Part shown: positions 1 through 13,062 of the stretch, piece after piece
How the letters are laid out: each line of letters begins with the position of its first letter
How positions within the stretch are numbered: position 1 is the first letter of the stretch
Source: Antedon mediterranea
Lineage: Eukaryota > Animalia > Echinodermata
DNA length: 64,000 nt
Direction: 5' to 3'
Assembly (NCBI RefSeq): GCF_964355755.1
Contig: NC_092677.1
Location: 1,448,101-1,512,100, forward strand
Program-made: the position numbers and the translations under genes
The notes under the pieces: model-generated
Database searches by the model: none
Seen by the model: the letters and a program-made list of their open reading frames with translations, nothing else
What the model was told of the DNA's origin: nothing

Positions 1-391
1 AAAATTTTGTCCGTCAAAACTAACACACGCAATTGCTACACCAATTAAATTAAAATACATTTTTTGAAGTTCATGTTCAGTGACTTATCTTTTTTTTAGT
101 ATTGCCTGAAAGATATGTTTTTACTCAACAATTTCAGGTTATAAAAAAAAAAAAAGGTTAAAGATGAAAAATTGACCTCTGTGTTACAGTTTTATAACAC
201 TTTAGCATATTTTGAGTCATTTACATACCATACAGACATAACATTAGAACCTGACCATAGAATCAGACACAAATGGAAACAACCAGCAATTTCCATATCT
301 TTTAGGTACAGCACAACCATCAACATCAAGCACTATTTAATAAAAGTAGTTTTAAAAATTAATGACATATCAAACTTACCACTACGCTTAC

Positions 392-2989
392 TTGTGTGAT
401 TAGAGATTTTAATCTCATCATCACTTGATCCAGATGAATTAAGGTAATTAGTTTCTACAGTCTCTAGGCCTCCTGTATTTCTCTTGCAGGCTAAATAAAA
501 ATATAGTAGTTTAATATTTATAGCAGCCTATGCAACATACATGTACAGTAATTCTTCATTTGGGGTAAATGGTGATTGATAGCAGACATTTTCAAATTTT
601 GGATAGTGGAAGATAATATTTTGATCCAGGAGCTATAGGCTTTATGGGAGGTTATTACCATTTATCCTTTTTTTTTCACCATTATTCTCATCGTTATTAA
701 TAATGAGGTTTTTGTTGTATTTTGTTATTTCTGAAGAATGCACCTTTGTAATTATTAAGTATGCTAATGATTTAAAGGTGTAGTAGGGAAGTAAATCTAA
801 ATAAATAAACTAGCCTCTATAGAGGATACTAATATCTACTGGCTAGTAGTAGTAGTAGTAGTAGTAGTAGTATTATTAGGCTGGCTGCTTAAAAGGTAAT
901 TCCCTACCCAAGCCTAGATGAAGTTTTGTATAAAGTTGGTAGGAGCCCTACTAAGAAAGGTTAGCAAAAGCTCATGGTTAATGTTATTGCTACTGACCTG
1001 CTGATATGTCATCATCGGAAGTATCGACATCGGAAGTATCGACATCTGTTGTAGAAACCTCCCATGCTTTTCTCTCTGCTGCTGGAGGAACTTTGGTAGT
1101 TGTTACTAGACAAACAGAGTCTATGTTGTAATCAGAAAATGTGCAATTTAAACTATTATCATAGAAATAATTAGATACATTTATTGTTTAAAAGGGACTG
1201 CTAATTTCAATTTTTTATTTTATGATTCCAGATCAATTATTTATTTTACATATCAAAATAATTTCTTTTTTTTCCAGTAAAAAACCCTTGCCAAGGGGAC
1301 ATTATTTTGTTCCTGAAGCCTTAATAGGGGTTATACTGAACGTAACTAGAGGTGGTCCAGTGAAATAGAAAACGTTAACAATGCAAACTTCTTTGTTAAG
1401 AACAATCTCAACGCACACAATTGTGTTATAAGTACGGAAAGGTAAATCAACAAAAAAAAAACTATACTCAACGATAAATGTCCCAATCGAATACGACATT
1501 GCTACCTCCCAGATCGGGCCCATAAAAACATAGGGATAGGCCTAGAGGCGGCCTCTACTCTAACCTAGTAAATAACTACATAACATGTCATTGTATTGTT
1601 AAAGTTACTGACCTGCTGACTCTGTCGGTATGTCATCATCAGAAGTATCGACATCTGTTGTAGAAACCTCCCATGCTTTTCTCTTTGCTGCTGGAGGAAC
1701 TTCGGTAGTCGAAATCCCAGTAGGTGACCCTTCTGTATCATCAACAGCAGAACATCCATTATTGATTGATTGAATTGAACCGTTCCCACGTACAATTAGG
1801 CCTACTTCATCATCTTCACTTGAAGAATAGTAAAGCATACGCTCAGTTGGATAAGCAGTGCTGTGTGTTGTTGTTACTTGACAAACAGATTCTGTATCGT
1901 AATCAGAAAATTTGCAATTTGATTAAATTATTATCATACATAATTAATTAGATATTAAATCAAGAATGATTCCACCGAAATTTTGAGTTAAAATAACGAT
2001 AGTGAAGCATATGAATAGGCAAACTGCCTAAAAATTGACATGTTTTGAGAAACTATTCTCATCTTCCACCAGAACAGAAAACAACGCCTAGGCTTAGAGT
2101 ACTTATATACCAATAGGACAGGTTGTATGTAAATGAGGAAGTAATTAGCATGATAAAACAACAAGGAATGTAGGCAACAAACAATCATATGGCAAGCGTG
2201 ACGCCTATTCATCAAATGCCTCACTATCGTTATTTTAAATAATTAATTATATGCCACACATCGTAAAATATTATTGAAAATGTGTATGTTTGATCTCTTC
2301 TTTGGGACACCCTTTCCCACAAACAAGTGGATATAGGCCTATTAAGGGGGCCGGCACACATTTTGAGTGTAGGCCTACCTGGCAAATGGTTGATTACCCC
2401 TATTAAGTTTTTTCTATCCCAAACACAGTACAGTACTACATACTAAAATTCCCATATGAATAGGCCTAGGCTAGAGCCTATCTCTAGCTAGCCTTAGTAA
2501 TAAGTAATATTTACTAGGCCCAGGCCTAGGGCCTAGTACTAGGCCTAGTAGTAGTAAATAACTAGGCCTCTAGGCCTACCTAGGTATGAACATTCATTGT
2601 TGTAGGCTAGGCCTATTGTATTGTTACTCACCTGCTGCTGCTGACTCTGTCTGTATGTCATCATCAGAAGTATCGAAATATGTTGAAGAAACCTCCCATG
2701 CTTTTCTCTTTGCTGCTGGAAGAACTTCGGTAGTCGGAAGAACTTCGGTAGTCGAAATCCCAGTAGGCGACCCTTCTGTATCATCTACTCCTAGGACTAG
2801 GCCTAGGCCTAGGCCTTCTTCATCGTCTTCACTTGAAGAATAGTATAGCATACGCTCAGCAGTTGGAACAGGGTGTTCTGTCGTGCCATCATCAGAAAAT
2901 GTGATATTCATAATGTTATTATCGTAGAAATATGCATCGTCTTCGCTTGAGTATTGAAGCATTAGCTCAGAGTCGCTTATCATGTTCAT
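392..2989 (-). CDS. Possible 5' exons of a minus-strand gene encoding an acidic, low-complexity protein (continues off the window or is a relic)
   Basis: The ORF from 2989 (MNMISDSE...SSSEDDEE...PAAKRKAWEV...SAAA) ends at a phase-1 donor CAG|GTGAGT near 2631. A phase-compatible 99-bp exon lies at 490-392 (ttttatttag|..CKRNTGGLETVETNYLNSSGSSDDEIKISNHT|gtaagc). No domain recognised. Confidence 0.3.
844..873. repeat. (TAG)n microsatellite
   Basis: Direct run of tagtagtag. Confidence 0.9.
995..2935. repeat. Three diverged copies of one exon-like segment (~995-1170, ~1608-1950, ~2625-2935)
   Basis: All three share gtcatcatc(a/g)gaagtatcga...gaaacctcccatgcttttctct(t/c)tgctgctgga and an atcagaaaat..ttatc block. 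Each ends in a minus-strand GT donor. Confidence 0.75.
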
Positions 2990-4797
2990 GATTTAACAAA
3001 TTGATAAAAGAAATGAACAATATACGGTTTTATGTTCATTTAACCGTCATTCGCATCTAATCTTTGGAAAAAGCGCGAACGAATTTGATTGGCTGCTGAT
3101 CAACGTTATATTTCATGTGACGTCGTCAACGTCCAATGCAATTACAATACTACTGTACTTTATTCATTTTAAAACAAACTGAAATTGTCCACTTTTCCAT
3201 TACTGAAACTGATTTAGGATCAACCTGAGTTTTCGGCATGTATTTAATATAGGACTATTCCATTATTATTTATAGGGGTGTTAGTCAATATGTTGGGTTG
3301 GGTGTGCCAGGCTTGTTGAGGCTTCTATTGTTCGTGTCATTGTGCCAATTGTTTTGTATTTCACTGTGTTTGATAAAAACAAACAAAAAACTGCTGCTAT
3401 AGTTAGCCTATGTGTCTGTAAATTATATCGTATTTTACACTATATTTATATAGCCTATAGGCCCTAACATGTTTTTTACCGTCAACAGTTAAATCATATC
3501 ATGTTTTATTTTACATTTCATGTAATATTATTATATGTTTTTTTTTCTCAACAGCCGAATCAAGTTATATAGCCTCTTACAAATAACAAGAAAAAATACA
3601 TTCAAACGTTATTCACAATAAGGAGAAAACATATACAACTTATTTAATTTATGTTTTAATTTATATAAATCCAAAGGAAAATTAATGAAACAACGACAAT
3701 GATGTGGGTATCAGTGGCTGGATCTCAATAGAGATACAAAAAAAAAAGCGAAAAGCTAAATCAAAACGATAAAGTAAAACAGCCAGAAAAACAATTTATA
3801 TAAATACATCCATGTTTGTTTTTTTCTCAACAGTTTATGACTTTAACAAATTCAGTACACTTAAAGGCATAAGATTAAGCAAAACATACATTGTGTAACA
3901 TATTTAATTTAAGGTATATATGTTTTATTTCATCGACCCATTTATAAGTGTTATTTAGTAGTGTCATGTTTGGTTCAACTCAATGAGTTAGCAATGTTCG
4001 TGAGGTTCTCTCTCCAGCTGATCCTGACACAAAAACTAAAATAGTCAGAAATAAAATTGCAGAACTTTCTCTCATGCAACACACACTAACCCTTCCCCGG
4101 ACCCCAGTACAGGATAAATAGGGCCTACACTGTTAACAAAATTCTTATAAAAAAACTGTAAACTACTGGCAATCTGGACGCCAGTAATTTACCGTAATGT
4201 AGAATTACAGGTACTGTTGAAAATAAATTACTGTAAAACTACAGTAAATTACTGTTGGTCATAAAGTCGGTTGTCTACCGTAATGTAGAATCACAGGTAC
4301 TGTTGAAAATAAATTACTGTAAAACTACAAATTACTGTTAACTTGAAAGTCGGATGTCAACTATAACGTAAAATCACAGGTACCGTTTCTAATAAATTAC
4401 TACAGTATAATTACTGTTAATCTGAAAGTCTGTTTGTCAACAATAACGTAAAATCACGGGTACCATAAAACTACGTAAAATTACTGTCGATTTCAAAGGA
4501 AGTGGTCTACCATTAATGTAGAATAATGTTGATAAATAACTGTAAAACTACATTAAAATTACTGTCGATTTCAATGGTCAATGGTAATGTAAAATCACAG
4601 GTACCGTTATTAATAAATTACTGTAAAAGATTCAGTGAATTCCAACCAAACAAAATATTACAAAAATATAAATACCATACAAACAAAATAAATACATGCC
4701 AATAATCTTATTTCATGCCTTATATTAAAATGACCATCAAATAAATGGAAGGTTTATTCCAGAGTACAGGACCTGGATGTGGTAGATGGACACTTAA

Positions 4798-5425
4798 CAA
4801 TGAGAATTATATCGTCGGCCAAGAATGAGTCTTTTTATCAATAAAAAATATTAATCTCTTTCTCTTTGAAATCTTTTGTAAGTTCATTTATATATAATAT
4901 TAACAGAATTAGAAAGAGAGAGAGACAGCCTTTGTGGGTTGAAAAAAATGGATAATTTTCAATATAAATCCAAATTACTGAAAAAAAGACAATGTTGTGG
5001 GTATCAGTGTGGCTGTGGGTATCAGTGGCTTGATCTTAATAAAGATACAAAATAATATAAATAAAAAGCTAAATCTAAACGATACAATTTAAACAACTAG
5101 ACAAAATTAGCAGAGCTTTCGGGCAAAACTAGCCCTTCATCAGTGTGTAGAAATCAAGCGCTGCCTGAGTGGACTGGAATAAAAGAAATAAAACAAAAGA
5201 GGCATAATGCTGGTGAAAAGAGTGAGATTAGAAAACAATAAAGATAGCTTGGTATATATAAACAATTTAGAAATTGAATTAAAAATCAACTCAAATGGTG
5301 GTTAATATTGAAACATTAAATTTAGGTAGTCGATGGAATAATTTTACCGATCTGGGAATATGTTCCTAATGTTAAGTCAAAATATTTCGTGGTTTTAAGT
5401 AGTAATTCCAAGTGGTTTTCATGGT
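4798..5425 (+). repeat. Near-identical copy of segment ~8143-8769
   Basis: caatgagaattatatcgtcggccaag...ccaagtggttttcatggt occurs at both places. Confidence 0.9.
5113..5148 (-). ncRNA. Minimal hammerhead-ribozyme-like motif of the Penelope-element type
   Basis: The minus strand reads CUGAUGA-A-GGGC-uaguuuu-GCCC-GAAA-GCUC: catalytic core boxes, a 4-bp stem II and a short palindromic stem III. Stem I is weak. Confidence 0.55.
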
Positions 5426-6189
5426 TCTCTCTCCAGCTGATCCTGACACAAAAACTAAAATAGTCAGAAATAAAATTGCAGAACTTTCTCTCATGCAACA
5501 CACACTAACCCTTCCCCAGTACAGGATATATAGGGCCTACACTGTTAAAAAAATTCTTATAAAAAAACTGTAAATTACTGGCAATCTGGACGCCAGTAAT
5601 TTACCGTAATGTAGAATTACAGGTACTGTTGAAAATAAATTACTGTAAAACTACAGTAAATTACTGTTGGTCATAAAGTCGGTTGTCTACCGTAATGTAG
5701 AATCACAGGTACTGTTGAAAATAAATTACTGTAAAACTACAAATTACTGTTAACTTGAAAGTCGGATGTCAACTATAACGTAAAATCACAGGTACCGTTT
5801 CTAATAATTACTACAGTATAATTACTGTTAATCTGAAAGTCTGTTTGTCAACAATAACGTAAAATCACGGGTACCATAAAACTACGTAAAATTACTGTCG
5901 ATTTCAAAGGAAGTGGTCTACCATTAATGTAGAATAATGTTGATAAATAACTGTAAAACTACATTAAAATTACTGTCGATTTCAATGGTCAATGGTAATG
6001 TAAAATCACAGGTACCGTTATTAATAAATTACTGTAAAAGATTCAGTGAATTCCAACCAAACAAAATATTACAAAAATATAAATACCATACATACAAAAT
6101 AAATACATGTCAATAATCTTATTTCATGCCTTATATTAAAATGACCATCAAATAAATGGAAGGTTTATTCCAGAGTACAGGACCTGGAT

Positions 6190-6375
6190 GTGGTAGATGG
6201 ACACTTAACAGTAAACCACAGTAAGAATGTTGTTGATCCAATAACAGGAGCCCACACTCAAAACATAGAATCCTACTGGAATCGTGAAAAATTAAAGTTA
6301 AAAAGAATAGGTGTAAACGGGAATGGTTACCGGAATACCTTGACGAATTTATGTGGCGAGAAAGATATGGCATAA
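6190..6375 (+). pseudogene. Merlin/IS1595 DDE transposase C-terminal fragment
   Basis: HLTVNHSKNVVDPITGAHTQNIESYW matches the family's HxTVNHS..VDPxTGAHTQxIESxW motif. It continues after a frameshift as LPEYLDEFMWRERYG. Confidence 0.85.
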
Positions 6376-8456
6376 TATAAATTAAACAGATTAAGTAAGT
6401 TAAAATAGTATATGTTCCTTGTGCCTTATTAAATAATGTTAAAGTCTTGTGCCTTATATTTGAATAAAGTTTGAAGAATGTATCTTTCGATCTAACGATT
6501 TTTTTCTTGTTGTTTGTAGAGGCTATTTGCAACTGTTGAGAAAAAACCAAACATGGATGTATTTATATATATTAAAACATAAATTGGATATTTTATATAA
6601 ATTAAAACATAAATTAAATAAGATTAAAATGTATATGAATCTTTTTCTTGATCTTTTCTTGTTATTTGTAGAGGCTACTTGATTTAACTGTTGAGTAAAA
6701 AAACATGTTAGGGCCTATAGGCTACGTATATAGTGTAAAATACGATATAATTTACAGACACATAATAAAAGCTATAGGCTAACTACAGCAGCAGTTTTTT
6801 GTTTGTTTTTATCAAACACGGTGAAATACAAAACAATTGGCACAATGACACGAACAAAAGAAGCCTCAACAAGCCTGGCACACCCAACCCAACATATTGA
6901 CTAACACCCCTATAAATAATAATGGAATAGTCCTATATTCAAATACATGCCGAAAACTCGGGTTGATCCCTGATTTAACCTAAAGCCATAGAAATTTAAA
7001 CTAAAATATGCGTAGTGCATGAATATAGAGTAACAGTAACATTTCTAGTTTTTAATCTTTCTCAGTTTACTTTTAATAATGCTTTGTTTTTTTACGTTTT
7101 GTTTTATATTTGAAGATATCAAATTTGTCAGTGGTTTGTCATGACAAATTATACTTTTTAAATATTTTTTTTAATGGTTTTTATGTATATTTTTTTTTAA
7201 ATATAATTATGTTTATTTACTCTTGTTGCACATCTCCCTCATTGAGACTGTGCCTCTGATAAAGAGATACAAAAAAATTCATAACATAATTAACTGTACG
7301 CCACATTAAATCTTAAAAAAAAAGTTTATATAAACTTTAGATTCTATCATCAAAACACTTCCCCTATTATGATCAAATCATCTTTCATGTAAACTTGGCC
7401 TATTTTTCAGAAATGAATATCCTTATAGTAATACGATGAGTGGTAAGTTCAGAGCTTGGGATTTTTTTAGGAAACAATGAGTTTGAAAGAATCCCAATTT
7501 GATTGGTCAAAATTATCGCTACTTATACGTCCGCTATAGATGGCGCTTTTTTTCATACAGATAACTACATAAACAGAACACAATTATTAATGAATAATTA
7601 ATAATATTAAAGAACCAATTTTTTTAATTATTCCTTGTCTAAAAATTGTCCCCATGTATGGCAAGATATTCCTAATTTTATCGTATATCATCTTTAATTG
7701 TCTGTACACACGAACCATGTTAACTGTATATTTAAATGATTGTTCACACAATTTATTATATCTTATGTATTTTTATTGTTTTACTAAGTTTTATGATTGA
7801 AATGCAGTATAGATAACCAATTCGATAGTGCTTAGCACTCAAGAAAGGAAATCCCCAGGTTGCTTTGTTGCGTTGTTTGACTGCATGAAAATTTAATAAA
7901 ATAATTCTGTTCGATCCTTTTCCTTCATCTATATGGCTTGTGTTTTTGTAATTTCTGTGTGCATGCTATACATGTTGGCTTCGTCTATGAATTTGTTACC
8001 GATTGGCTATTTCCTTTGATTGTTAATGCGTTGGTGGTTGGTTACAATCAGGCCTGCATATTATTTTTCAAAATTATAACATTTTAAATTTTGTTGTAAA
8101 TTGATGCTTTCAATAATGATTGTAGATCATTTTCACTATTTCCAATGAGAATTATATCGTCGGCCAAGAATGAGTCTTTTTATCAATAAAAAATATTAAT
8201 CTCGTTCTCTTTGAAATATTTTGTAAGTTCATTTATATATAATATTAACAGAATTAGAGAGAGAGAGAGACAGCCTTTGTGGGTTGAAAAAAATGGATAA
8301 TTTTCAATATAAATCCAAATTACTGAAAAAAGACAATGTTGTGGGTATCAGTGTGGCTGTGGGTATCAGTGGCTTGATCTTAATAAAGATACAAAATAAT
8401 ATAAACAAAAAGCTAAATCTAAACGATACAATTTAAACAACTAGACAAAATTAGCA

Positions 8457-8492
8457 GAGCTTTCGGGCAAAACTAGCCCTTCATCAGTGTGT
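8457..8492 (-). ncRNA. Second copy of the minimal hammerhead-like motif
   Basis: Same sequence as 5113-5148, inside the duplicated segment. Confidence 0.55.
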
Positions 8493-9399
8493 AGAAATCA
8501 AGCGCTGCCTGAGTGGACTGGAATAAAAGAAATAAAACAAAAGAGGCATAATGCTGGTGAAAAGAGTGAGATTAGAAAACAATAAAGATAGCTTGGTATA
8601 TATAAACAATTTAGAAATTGAATTAAAAATCAACTCAAATGGTGGTTAATATTGAAACATTAAATTTAGGTAGTCGATGGAATAATTTTACCGATCTGGG
8701 AATATGTTCCTAATGTTAAGTCAAAATATTTCGTGGTTTTAAGTAGTAATTCCAAGTGGTTTTCATGGTCTGCCCTGTCGTGAAAGAACGTCTCAATTGA
8801 CACATTTTAAAAAAGCTTTTTGGGCAATTTAGGGAATGATACACCTTGTGGTGCATTCGGATTTTCAATTACTTGCAATTATTGTTCATTCCGGATGATA
8901 ACAAAAACACGTTTGGTTGATTATCTGAAAATTATGCAGTATGCAGTTGAGAGGTTATTTCATGACGGGGCAGAAATGTAGGCTAATAATAATTTGTTTT
9001 GCACAATGCATGGTTAATATTAAACATCTTTTTTTATGCGAGTCTTCCTTATTACTTTCATTTAAACGAAACACAATTAAGTCACCTATGTGCGCTCACT
9101 TTGCTTTTTCACTTTGCAATGTTATCGATAACTTTAAACGAAGTGAGCCAACCGAAGCGCACCCGCATCATTTGGACGCAATCATAATGGGTTTTTGGAC
9201 CGATGTCTTATTAACGTTCCCTTTTGTAATGAAAATTATGTATAAAGGTTTTTTTTTCGGACCGACATAAAAGTAATTCGAGATTCATGACATTTTTCGT
9301 TCTTTAATTTTTAAATGCCAAGGAGAACTAAAATTAGCAAAAGTATAGTCACGCGAGGGTTTATGAGTGCTATATGATGCAAGTACAGCACGTTAGTAA

Positions 9400-10485
9400 A
9401 TCAGGAAAGGTATGGATGATTTGTATAATGATATTGTTTGTTCTCTATCTAGTGCCTCCAAAATGTGTTTTAAAAATAAGAAAATAAAAAATGGGACCCA
9501 CATTCCAGGGTGGAATGAAAATGTCGCAGAATGCCATAATGTGGCTAGAGAATCATTCCTTCTATGGGTTAATAATGGAAAGCCTAAATCTGGTTTATTA
9601 TTTGAAGCGATGCGTTTTAAATGACAAGATCTCAATTTAAAATGAGTTTACGCTAGTGTAAATCAGAAGAAGAACAGCATAGGGCTGATTCTATGGTTAA
9701 GTCTTTATTAAAAAATGATTATGCTGATTTGTGGAAAAGGTTTATAAGTCTAAATCATGTACTCCTGTTCTTACTTCTTCTTTCTTGGAAATTTAAGAAA
9801 TACTTACAGAATCTTTGGATAATGTTAATGGTGAATATGATAATTATAAGTAACCACTGGGCAGCTCATTTTGAGGAGCTGTTTAATTGTGTTCATAATG
9901 ATAGTAATAAGGATTATGTTCACAGTATACTTGTTAATTGTAATGATGATTGTGGTTGTGAGGTAAATGTCCAACAGGTAGCGGGCATTATTAAAGATTT
10001 ATTTAGTGATAAATTGTTCCGATTTTAAAATCTAAATCAGGTGATATTACGAGTAAAAGCAATTAGGCCTATAGCTTTAGCTAGTGTGGTATCTAAGGTA
10101 CTAGAATTTGTATTAATTAAATTGTCCGGAGATAGCCTTAAGTCATCTGACCATCAGTTTGCGTTTAAATCGGGTCACTCCACAGATACATGTATATTAG
10201 TCTTAAAACAAGTTGTTGCATTTTATAGTCGGCAAAATAGCCCTGTATATGCTTGCTTTCTTGATGCCTCTAAGGCATATGACAGATTAAATAATAACTG
10301 GTCTCTTTTTTAAAAATTGTTAAACAGAAAGATGCCAACCGCAATTGTAAAATTGTTATCGTGTTGGTACTCACAGCAACAGTTTTGTATTAAATGGGGA
10401 AGATCTATCTCCCGATGGTTCTATGTAAGAAACGGAGTGCGACATGGTGGAATCATGTATCCGTTACTGTATAATGTTTACATTT
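9400..10485 (+). mobile_element. Decayed non-LTR retrotransposon (LINE) ORF2 / reverse transcriptase fragment
   Basis: Fragmented frames give IPGWNENV..FLLWVNNGKP, RPIALASVVSKVLE, QFAFKSGHST, CFLDASKAYD and NGVRHGGIMYPLLYNVYI (RT subdomains), with multiple stops and frameshifts. Confidence 0.9.
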
Positions 10486-13062
10486 CCCAAGAACCAGTGG
10501 GAATATTAAAAGAAAGCCGATCACGCTTACTAACATCTTTTAAACGGAGTTTTGGACGACGATATCAAATGCCTGTTGCCACTGAATTGGACTGTGACTT
10601 TCATATCTTGTTTTTACGTGATATTAGGATTTATTGCTAAAAATCATATACAGTATAACCAAAGTTAAATATAAACTATGAAATATGAGTCTATGAAACA
10701 TTTTAATTAACGCTTGAACTTTTTTAAAATTAATGTGATTGTAAATAGGGGCCTACCTGATTTGTATTAAAATGTTTCTATAATTATCAATTATTCCTTA
10801 TATTCATCTGAATATAAAACAAAAGTCTACTTCCGAATTGGCAGGGTCGGAGTCACTATAATGTAATTAGCTACCCCATTTGGACGGAAAATAATAATAA
10901 TAATAACGTTCAAATTACTAATATAATGTTCAGATACTTTAGTCTAATACCACCTCAGCCCGACCATGGGGTTGGTTAGAGCATTTTTTAGGAATATGGA
11001 CATAGCTTAGATTGCTAGCAATTCCACTATTAACTCTTGATAATATCACAGATAAGTTTAAAGTTTTAAAAAACCGCTGATTATAGTTTCAGATAGGACT
11101 GGACATGCCCTCTAGAGTAAAACTAGGTAAAACTATAGGAATCCATCCCAAAAACGTATTGGATTTGTTTCCGTTTAAAAAACTTTTCATTTACAATAAT
11201 TATTAGTTCATACATTAAATGCCAAGGAAAACTAAATTTAGCAATATTATTTGTTTAGGGGTGCAAATAAAAGTGAAAACTATAGACAAGATGTAAAGTA
11301 GTCTAATGTACCGTTTCTTCGATAATCTTAATTTTACCTATACCTATACTTTTATTCAGACATTCCGGATTTTTAATCCTCTCAAAAATAATGTTAGCTA
11401 AAAGTAAGAGTGCATTGCCTGGTCTATATTCCTGAAAAAATTTTGTCGTCTCTCGATTTTATGATGCTGTGTCCGATTCTATAAATACGTTTTATATTAA
11501 CACTGGCAGTATTTATCTATATTAACGAACACATCCCTTTTTACTTTCCGTACTTTTGAACCTTCTGAACATAGTCTGGTTATACTGAGATTGTTTATCT
11601 AATTGAATTCGTATCATATATTACGTAATATTAGGATATATTGCTAAAAATCAAGAAGTAAATAATTGTTCGGGTTGAGTGCTATAGGATAGAATTACAG
11701 CTATGAAAAATGTAACGAACAATACACTTTAGAAGTTGTTTGAATCCCATCTAGTCTACACGCTTTAAACTATTTTAATTTGATCGTAAATACCTATATT
11801 CGTGTCATTGATATTACACGATTGCGACATGAATTTTCATCAAAGTATCATACATTAAAAGTTATGCTGGTGATTGTATATGAAAGCTCTTTTAAATGGC
11901 AACCATATACCATACGTTTCTTATAGACCTAATCCGTTAGAAAATTAAAATACTTTTAAAACTTTTAATTTGCATCTCCTATTTAGGCATCAAAACTTAT
12001 TGTGTGTTGTCCCTTAGATGGAAACCAGGCAATCTAGCACCAAAATAATTTCGTAATTATATACTGTAGGCCTAGTGTATATATTAATATAAATCACTCG
12101 AATAATGACAATACAAGTTATTGCCTATTCCCTATCGAAGTTAAAAGTTCTTCTGTATGACTAAGATACAGTCACTAAAGACAATATTGTATGTATGTTA
12201 CCTATTAAATACAAGCCCGTACTTCATCATTCAACATAATTAATAATTTCGCCATGCAAACTTCGAAGTTTTTTTTTGTATACTTTACTAAGTACTTTCC
12301 ATGTATTTTAAATAGTCAATTAAGCTAAGAATATAGAGCACCGTGTTTTTATAGGTTCAGCTTTTAAATGTGTCTCATTGTGTGCTTTGCATCTGTTTAA
12401 AAAAAAATCGTCACATTTGTCTTAGCTTTCGGAGTCAAAAATCTCGAATGACTTTTATGTCGGTCGAACAAATTTATTATGATGAACTCGTATGTTGATT
12501 CTCTCTCTCGGACAACATCTTTATAAAACTGGCTAATCGTATCTCAGCGGTATCCGGTCGGCTGTCTTCGTTTTGCTTCTAGATATCGCATTAAGCTATT
12601 AGTAGGCCTACCTGACATAACCGAGCTATCAAAAAGCGAACTTCAATCACAGAGGTGACTTATTTGTCCCAAATTTAGTTGAGAATGTTTTAAGGCCTAA
12701 ACGAATTATTATTACAAAATTTAGTGGGCCTATATTATAAAGTGATTGGTTTAATGAAATTAATAACAAAGACTCGAATTAAAAAGTACAGTATAATTAA
12801 TCATGCACGTGTAAAACAAATTATTATATTAGCCTATATTTTAATGCCAACACTTTTCCAATACGTGCTTAAATTGGCTTTGCTTGTTGCTTTATAGAAA
12901 ATCATAACCAATTAATTGTCTAACCAAAAATGTCATTTATCTCATACACTGTAATATTTGTAGTGAGTGGTAGAAACCTAAACACTCTCCGTATGAGAAT
13001 GACACAGAGATCAGCTATAAAAAACATTAAAGTTTTTCTGTAACCGAAATGTTAATTCAACC

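Larger units (their letters stand above)
4004..6210 (+). repeat. ~795-bp direct duplication (4004-4798 and ~5423-6210) containing degenerate aaattactgtaaaactaca subrepeats
   Basis: Near-identical sequence from ggttctctctccagctgatcc to ggacacttaaca in both copies. Confidence 0.9.
3217..6969. mobile_element. Non-autonomous Merlin (IS1595-like) DNA transposon
   Basis: Termini are GGATCAACC...GGTTGATCC with ~270 bp of near-perfect TIR, extending further in degenerate form. 8-bp TSD CTGATTTA at 3209-3216 and 6970-6977. Contains an internal transposase relic. Confidence 0.9.

Noticed and set aside
8941-9270. 109-aa ORF
   Set aside because: No motifs or splice support; it lies among repeat debris.
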